DNA of 54,496 nucleotides. Source: Chiloscyllium plagiosum (lineage: Eukaryota). Below are positions 46,956-54,496 of this stretch, one piece after another. The notes beneath the pieces were generated by a model. It saw nothing but the letters and a program-made list of their open reading frames with translations, did no database searches and was not told the DNA's origin. The stretch lies in assembly GCF_004010195.1 (NCBI RefSeq), contig NW_025215243.1:22019-76514 (forward strand). The letters run 5' to 3'. The stretch's first letter is position 1. The number at the start of each line of letters is the position of its first letter. Both the position numbers and the translations under genes were made by a program.

Positions 46956-49900
46956 CCGTGGGGATGGTTCTGGCTGATTCGGGGGCTCCTGGGAGGAGGA
47001 CTCCTGTATCAGTACGGGTTCTGTTATGACTTAATATAATTTTTAAAACACATGTACCTCGTTATTTATTTACTTATTTATTTTCTTTTCTCCTTTTGTT
47101 TAGTTTTAGTAATGTAGGATATCCTATTTTATGGTTTTCTAGTTTGGAGAATAGATTAGTAGTTTGTTTTGAAATTCTATATTGGGGTTGTTACTATATT
47201 GTAAAGCAGAATACACTAGTTTGTACTATTTTTGTAGTTTTGTAAAAAAATTCAAAAATCTTCTTTATATTAAAAACAAACAGGGTGTCACTTTCGTAAT
47301 TTTCCCTTCTTCTGGGACCCTCCCTGATTCCAATGATTTCTGGAATATCACCATTAATGTCTCTATCCAGTTTATTTACCCATTTAGTTTTTCGAGTAAC
47401 TTCTCCTAATCAGCTCTGCCTCCTCACTCTCTTGCATTTTTCATATATTATTCATGTCTTCCGCCGTGAAATCTGACGTGAAATAATTATTCAGTTTCTC
47501 ATCTATTATTTGTTCCACGCTACTATCAATCTAGCATCATTTTCCAGTGGTCCAGTATCCACCTCTGCTTCCCGTTTTTGCCCTTAATATATCTAAAGAG
47601 ACTCTTTCAGTCATCCTTTCTATCACTGGATAGCTTAACTTCATATTTAATCTTCCCCCTCCTTATTTCTTGTTTTGTTGCCTTCTGTTCCTCTTTGAAA
47701 GCTTCCCAATCCTGTGGTTTCCCACTGCCATTTGCCATGCTTTCTCTTTTTCTTTTACCCTAGCCACGCATTCCCCAGTCATCCATGGATGCCTCATCCT
47801 CCCTGTACAATGCATCTATTACCTCGGGATGAATCTCTGCTCTGACTCCAAATTTGCTCCAAGAAACTCCCGCCATTACTCTTCCACTGTCTTTCCTGTT
47901 CGGCTCTTCTCCCAGTCAATTCTCCCCAGCCCCTCCCTCATATCTTTGTAGGTGTCTTTGTACAGCTGTAAAATTAACTCCGATTCTACTTTCTCCCTCT
48001 CAAATTGAAATTTAGGTTCAATCACATTATGATCAGTGCTTCCGAAGGGTTCCTTCACCTTGAGCTTCCTTCTCAAGTCTGACTCACTGCACAACACTAA
48101 ATCCAGGATTGCCCTTCCCTTGTTGCCTGCACCATAAGCTGCTCCAAAAATCCATCTTGTAGACATTCCACAAATTCCTTTCCTTGCAAACACTACCAGT
48201 CTGATTTTCCCAATCCACCTGCATATCGCAATCCCCCCACTCATTGTAACTTTGCCTTTCCTATATATATTTTCTATTTCCTGGTCTATCATGCGCTCCA
48301 GCTCCTGACTACGATTCACAGGCCTGTACATTACTCCAACTATGGTTTTACCCATTTGTGGTTCCTCAATTCTACCCAAACACATTCCACACCATCTGAC
48401 TCTACATTGAATAATAGGAACTGAGTGATAGGACTGCAACACTCTTTAGCTTTGTCTTAAATTTATAGTTTAGACATGGAGTTAAAATATTTCATTTTAA
48501 ATTACTTTGATATATTGCCACAGTGTGTTTCTTTGGCCAAATATTCTGTCTGTATTAGGGAAGAATACAAACTGTTGAAACTGTTGGAGAAGGAAGATAT
48601 GAAGAGGACATGAGTCTATAAAGAGATATAGGTTGGGCCAATTGAACAGGCAAATATTGATATATGGAACATAGTAGGAAAAATGTGTCTGTGCTCAAAG
48701 ATATTGGCGGATTGAATGGAAACGTAATGTATTATTTCAGTGGAGAGATTGGCTTTAGGCACAAGGAACCGGGCACCTGGGTTACAAAATAAAAACGTTA
48801 CATGTACATCAAACTTTTAGGGAGTTAAGATAAATGTTGAAACTTTCTGAAGCAGAACACATTTAAAAGTAGGGGCGATTATCTACAGATCTACAAGGTA
48901 ATGTTGTTAGCACATCGAGAGAGCGATGGCCACAATGACATGAAATGCAATCCATAGAAGATTCACTAAGCTGACTCCTGTGAGGAGCATTCATTTCTGG
49001 AGGAAATCATGAATTGACTGGCCTTAGATCTGCTGTGCTTTCGGCGAACAACATGTGATCTTGTTTAACCCCAGAATATTCCAAGTAGTCTTTCCAGTTG
49101 AATTCTGAAACAATGTTTCAGCTTGTATAAGAGATTACCATGATTGTATGGATTATAAAACTGAAGAATGTCTCTGTTAAGAAGCTGTAATACACTGCTG
49201 TCAGGTTCACCCCTCACTCTTCTCTTCTCCAAAAGCAAATGCAACGGATCTTCATGGTTTGAGTTCTCTTTTGTTTTGTTACATCTTCCAAAATGCAGCA
49301 TCTCACATATTTCAGTGTCACCGTTTATCAGTCATTAATCTGACCATCTGACAATCCGTTTGTACCCTCTTGTAAACAACACATTCCTGATCACTGTGAC
49401 TCACCCAACTAATCATTGTGTCATCTACAACATGGTTTATCATCCTCCAATATCCCCTCCATCTCCCACATTCTTATGATCAACATTTATGAATTTCAGA
49501 AACAAACCTTGATTTTCTTCCTGTTCTACAGATGTTGTTGCAGAATTGGGAATTCCAGTCTCTTGTTTTTCCTATTTTGGTGAATTTACAGCACGAATCA
49601 GCTGTGGTCTTTTGTGAGGGAGCCACAAGTATTATTTTGGATATGGAGCTGAATTCTGCTTTTATACTCCGCCCCTCTGCATGTATCAGTCATATGGCTT
49701 GGACATCATTAACTTTTGGCACCTTGCCCTGCAATATTTACATTTTACGTGGGCCTGCAGCTTATTCTTTACAACATTCACTGCAATAGTCAGAGATAAA
49801 AGAACTTTTTAATCTGCAGGATGGACACAGACTCATTCATTAATTTTGTTTGAAAGAGCTAGAGCAATGATGATAAAGATTGAATTAAATTCTGGATTAT

Positions 49901-50889
49901 AAACACACTACAGAAGATCAATTCACGTTCTCATTTCTACATTGAATCGGAAGCAAATTAAAAGAACAAATACCCACCATTCTGAATATTGTTTAAAACG
50001 TGATGTGATGTTGAAATAATGCATTAAGCAAGACCATGCATCAATTTTCTTTTGAATATTGCGAGGACATTGTTCTAACAAGCAGTGTTCTTTTCTTTTG
50101 CTCCTTATTCTTTCAACTGATCTTCCCGTGTAATTTGAGATGAGGTCAGAATAACTTCCTTTTCAATCGAAGCAGGACTTGACTGAGGGTGGAATCTAGG
50201 AACCTGAGCAAAACTGTGATTAATGGGAATTAGAGTACATTCTGCCCTGGGAATGCGAGCAATAGAAAAATCAGTCTCTGCAAGGTATCTTCCAAACTGC
50301 ATGTCATCCTGACTAGGGACTCATTTTCCTGTTCCTTCACAAGTATTTGTTAAAAGTCTTGGAATGCCCCTACAAACAGCTCTGTCTGGATCTGCATCAC
50401 TTTGGATTGAGGAGTTAAAACAGAGCAACTCTGTGTCACTTATTCCAGGGTCACTGGGAATGACAAATAAGCTCTGCCCTTGCTAGTGCCTTCCAAAACC
50501 CTGGATGAATATGTCCTGTTAAGAATACAAAGATGTTATATGTTTTCATCGTTGTATGTAAACTCTCGGAAAGATAAGATCTTTCTGGATGAGTATGATG
50601 CCAGTGACATCAGGAGCATGATAAGACATTGAAGTACTGATCCCAATTGTTATCAATCAGTTGCTTTCAGAGGGTTGATCATGTGATGTCATGACCACCG
50701 AGTTCAACATTTTCATGATGCATTATGACAGTGGCAATAAATTATCGGTATCTGGGGAGCGGTCACGCACAGAACTTTTAATTTTTCATTCACAAAACAT
50801 AACCAAATTCTTAAGCGTCAACAGAAATGACAGCTTCACTGTTCCCTTTCAGATCAGACATATATCCACAGTCCAAAAGAGTAACTAAG

Positions 50890-51060
50890 TTGAAAATGCA
50901 GGAAAATAGTTGCAGTTTCTGAGCAGAGAGAAACACAATTAACTTTTTGAGTCCAATATGAGATTTTCAGAAGAGGATCCTATCAGACTCAATATGCTGC
51001 CTTTGTTTCTACCTCCAGATCCTGACTCATCTGTGGTGTTTTGTTACTCTTTATTGTTTA
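50890..51060. mobile_element. Old Penelope-like inverted terminal-repeat remnant; related piece at 51905-52000
   Basis: GAGAAACACAATTAACTTTTTGAGTC is loosely inverted to GACTCAATATGCTGCCTTTGTTTCT around CAGAAGAGG. Strongly decayed. Confidence 0.45.
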
Positions 51061-51131
51061 TATGTCAAATTTACATTTTGCCCAGTATTCCCGATCACGG
51101 TGACTCCGTTTTGGTGGAGTGGGCGGGTAGA

Positions 51132-51840
51132 GGGAGCATGGTGTCTCATTGGTTATCTCGGCTGCCTCACAGTACCAGGGTCCCGGTGTGGGGGGAAGGG
51201 GGAGGGGGGCATGGTGTCTCAGTGGTTAGCACAGCTGTCTCACAGTACCAGGGACCCGGTTTGAGGGGGCGCGGGCATGNNNNNNNNNNNNNNNNNNNNN
51301 NNNNNNNNNNNNNNNNNNNNNNNNNNNNNNNNNNNNNNNNNNNNNNNNNNNNNNNNNNNNNNNNNNNNNNNNNNNNNNNNNNNNNNNNNNNNNNNNNNNN
51401 NNNNNNNNNNNNNNNNNNNNNNNNNNNNNNNNNNNNNNNNNNNNNNNNNNNNNNNNNNNNNNNNNNNNNNNNNNNNNNNNNNNNNNNNNNNNNNNNNNNN
51501 NNNNNNNNNNNNNNNNNNNNNNNNNNNNNNNNNNNNNNNNNNNNNNGGCTGTCTCACAATACAGTGTCCTCGTTTGCTTCTACCCTGAGGACTGCTTGTA
51601 TTGAGTTTTCACATTCTCCCTGGGGCTTCAAGTTTTTCCTCCAGGTGCTCCAGGTTCCTCCCACAGTCCAAACAGGTTCAGTGGATTGCCGATGTTAAAT
51701 TACACATTGTGTGCAGCTTGGTGTGTTAGCTATGTGATAGGGTAGGAGGCGGGTATGCCAATGGAAATGCAGGAGTAGGACATGAGGTAGTCCTGGGTGC
51801 AATGTTCTGCAGAGGGTCAGTGTGGACTCGATGGGCCAAT
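51132..51840 (+). mobile_element. HE1-like SINE with tandemly repeated 5' head, spanning a gap
   Basis: GCATGGTGTCTCA(T/G)TGGTTA...CACAGTACCAGGG occurs at 51136 and 51209, and a third copy starts at 51275. The SINE body follows the gap. Confidence 0.8.
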
Positions 51841-52254
51841 GTCTCATAAAATCACAAAAAAATAAAAATTAAATCAAAGAAATATACTGGAGACCTGACC
51901 CAAAAAGAAACAGAGTGCTGGGGAAAAGTAGCAGGTTTGGCAACCTCTGTTGAGAAAAATACAGAGTTACCATTTTGAGTCCACTCACCACGTATCAGAT
52001 CTAAAAGCTGCTGGGAAATAATGTAATTTGTGCTGGTGGAGTGAGATGAATATACAGAGAATTAGAAAGGCTGAAAGTAAAACAAAGAGATTATTGATGA
52101 TCATTTGGGATGGAAATAAAATGTGAGCGTTTTCATTTATTTTTCACTATTCCCATATTCTTGAATTTCATGCCCATATTGGTACATATAGATGTCCCTG
52201 TTTCAAGTGAGTCCTGTTCCCTTTATCTTTTAGTCCTGAGTGTGGCCATCTTTG

Positions 52255-52668
52255 TTTCTTCATTGGCTGGGCCAGCATTTATTTCTCTTTCCCAGTTGCC
52301 CTTGAGAAATTGTTGGGGAACTGCCGTTTTGAACCACTGCACTTCGAGGTGAAGTTGGCTGCCAGTGCTTCGGTCTGTCCGGTTTCAATTTTAGAACATG
52401 TAGTGTTATACCTCAAAGGGCAGTTGAGGGTCTGGTGTCACATGTAGGCCGGACCAGGAAAGGAACAAATTTCCTTCCCTGAAGGACACCAGTGAGCCAG
52501 GGGGTTTTAGTTTTAACAACCATAACTATTTCATTAGATTGTTAATTCCAAAGATTTTATTGAATTCAAATTCCATCATCTGCAGTGGCGCAATTGAAGT
52601 CCGGGTTTGGATCATTACCTGGACCCTGGATTTATAGCCTGAGCAAATACCACTGGACCATGACCTCC
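52255..52668 (-). mobile_element. SacSINE1-like Deu-SINE plus LINE-type tail
   Basis: GTCACATGTAGGCCGGACCAGG...TTCCTTCCCTGAAGGACACCAGTGAGCCAG...TTGAATTCAAATTCCATCATCTGC...TACCACTGGACCATGACCTCCC. Confidence 0.8.
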
Positions 52669-54384
52669 CCAGCAACTCCACCAGCAATAGCGGTGTTGCT
52701 ATTCTCGTGACTGAGGTACAGCAAGTTGTGCAGTTACATTGCCAGCTACTTCCATGGTGAATAGAGCTGTTCATATTTCACATCACTGGGATTGTGCAGA
52801 TATGCTATGGTTTTTCAGCCCGGAATAGGAATTGAGGAGAGTGGCACTCAGTAGGTGTACCATGTACACAGAAATGTGACTTGTTCCTGTCATTAGCACG
52901 ATAGTGGAAGTTCTCTGGATGATTTTCTCGGATTTGTGGTGTCAGCTGCTGCAACCATTCAGGGAGAATCAAGGGTCTGTTGTGCCTACACTGGACAAGG
53001 TATGGAGACATATTTTACAGAGTATGTTAGCCTGCAATATCCTTTCTGAGATTTCCAAAAAATATTTCCCAATGGTGTACCTTTTCCAGGTACAAAGTGT
53101 GAAACCAGTTTATATCAATGATGTGGAGATTACAGAGCTGTGAAACCTCCTTCAGTGTAACCTTTCGTTTCCCACCAGGGAGAGGATAGTAATCAAAATG
53201 CCTATCAACTGTTTTAATTCTGGGATTTGCCAGGCAGGAGTGGGTGACATACCCATTATGCCAGAGTGCCAACCTCTCATGTATTTAGGAGGTGACAGTG
53301 GCTATCTCTGTTCGGTGAGGTGAACATGTTGGTTCTGTCTCCACAGAGGAAGCAACAGAAAATCTTCCCAAAGTATTAAGGAACAAGGTGACTGCTGAAA
53401 ATAAGGAACTGCAAGAAATTTGAATTACTAACGTGGAAGTACTGGAAACAGTACTCATTATGTTGAAGTTTGGTAAGTTTCTGGACCAGACGAGTGATGA
53501 ATTTAGAGGGCTACAGAGTTAGGGCTGGAGAGTTGCACTGCTGGGCAGCTCTTTCGGGAGCAGGTACAGACGCGATGAGTCAATGGCCTCCTTCTGAACT
53601 GTCAATTCCTTAACGCTATGAGGGAGGGCAAAGTTCGTCAAAGCTCTTTATATATGGAAAAGATCATGCACCTCCATATCATGGTTTTTACTCATTAGCC
53701 TATTTTCTCTCAAGCAAATAAATTGTCTGAACCCCGTGTGTTCTTGTCTTGCAAATTAATATTTTGTCAAGCACGTTATGCATTGCCTTCTTGAAGTCCA
53801 GATATAATAGCTCTTTCCGATCCCCCTTATTCAACTTGTTTGTCACACTTTTTAATAAAAGAAGTTAGGAAAATCATTCAAACATGATTTATCCGTAATA
53901 AAATCATGTCGACTTTGACGGATTCTGGTTTGACTTTCAAAGTCTCCTGTTGTTCATTCCTTAATAACAGATTCGAACCATTTGTCTTCAATCCCAATCC
54001 TTTGCTTATACCTTTCCATTGCCGAGTGAAGTTGGTTATAGTAAGTTCTTCCCTTTCCATAGCCTCGACAGTCCGTTTCAATTCTTGTGAAATAGGAACG
54101 AGGCTGTAAAAGATCGGCTCCAATTGCTGTGTGAGAGGCATGGGTGGCTGACTGGACCCATTCTGTTCCTGCTTCACACACAAGATGGGCTGAATGTCCT
54201 TCTGGTGTTCCTACACTATAGTTTCGTTGGATTGCATGTCCTGTGCCTGTTCCTGATCAAGCCACTCAAGATCTCAAGGTCCTCCTCCTGTTGCTCAATG
54301 ACAAATTTGGGAACGTATGGAATCTCCCTGCTGTTCTGCCACATTTCGAGTGTTGAATTGTTCAGGCAAGTTGCCTTGCCCACA

Positions 54385-54496
54385 GCGGGTAGCTCAGTGG
54401 TTAACACTGCTGCCTCCCAGCACCAGAGATCTGGGTTCAGTTTCAGTCTCGCGTCACTGTTTGTGTGGAATTTGCACATTATCCCTGTGTCTGCAA
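54385..54496 (+). mobile_element. HE1-like V-SINE, cut by the window end
   Basis: GGTAGCTCAGTGGTTAACACTGCTGCCTCCCAGCACCAGAGATCTGGGTTCAG...GTGTGGAATTTGCACATT. Confidence 0.88.

Larger units (their letters stand above)
41691..47278 (+). mobile_element. Full-length L1-clade LINE, inactivated
   Basis: TSD AACAGGGTRTCA (41679-41690, 47279-47290). It has a 5' UTR, ORF1, a T-rich spacer, ORF2 with EN/RT/CCHC, a T-rich 3' UTR and an A-rich tail. Confidence 0.92.
39830..48400 (-). mobile_element. CR1 host element in three pieces (39830-40267, 40929-41690, 47279-48400), split by a solo LTR and an L1
   Basis: Collinear minus-strand ORF2: GKTIVGVMYRP...ILDLVLC...DHNVIE / NLLELFEEVT...DKVPY...WQMEYN / LYKTLVRPHLVYC. 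Confidence 0.85.

Noticed and set aside
49600..50880. AT-rich non-repeat-looking stretch as possible gene or UTR sequence
   Set aside because: It has no recognisable ORF, splice pattern or RNA structure, so nothing can be supported without conservation or expression data.

Overview
This is repeat-saturated eukaryotic DNA from a cartilaginous fish, most likely a shark. The assignment rests on HE1-type V-SINEs, SacSINE1-type Deu-SINEs and dense CR1 LINEs; family names come from my recall of consensus sequences, not from a search. I cannot support any host protein-coding exon, and the best-looking exon candidates resolve to Vingi-like LINE remnants. The window holds many decayed CR1 fragments on both strands and one young 5'-truncated CR1 with a stop-free 388-aa RT frame (23318-25704). 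It also holds a full-length but dead L1-clade element (41691-47278) with a 12-bp TSD and a 5' YY1-type motif, and a 651-bp TG...CA solo LTR with a 5-bp TSD. There are three minisatellites, short tandem duplications and four N-gaps. The most interesting signal is a family of short Penelope-like terminal-repeat insertions carrying minimal hammerhead ribozyme motifs. Its best copy (15199-15417) is a near-perfect 92-bp-arm palindrome with an intact hammerhead core on each strand and a 15-bp TSD. A second notable signal is that the minisatellites appear to have arisen in place from the LINE sequence they interrupt. I cannot claim a definitively new biological system; these are the best leads. Boundaries of old fragments are approximate.
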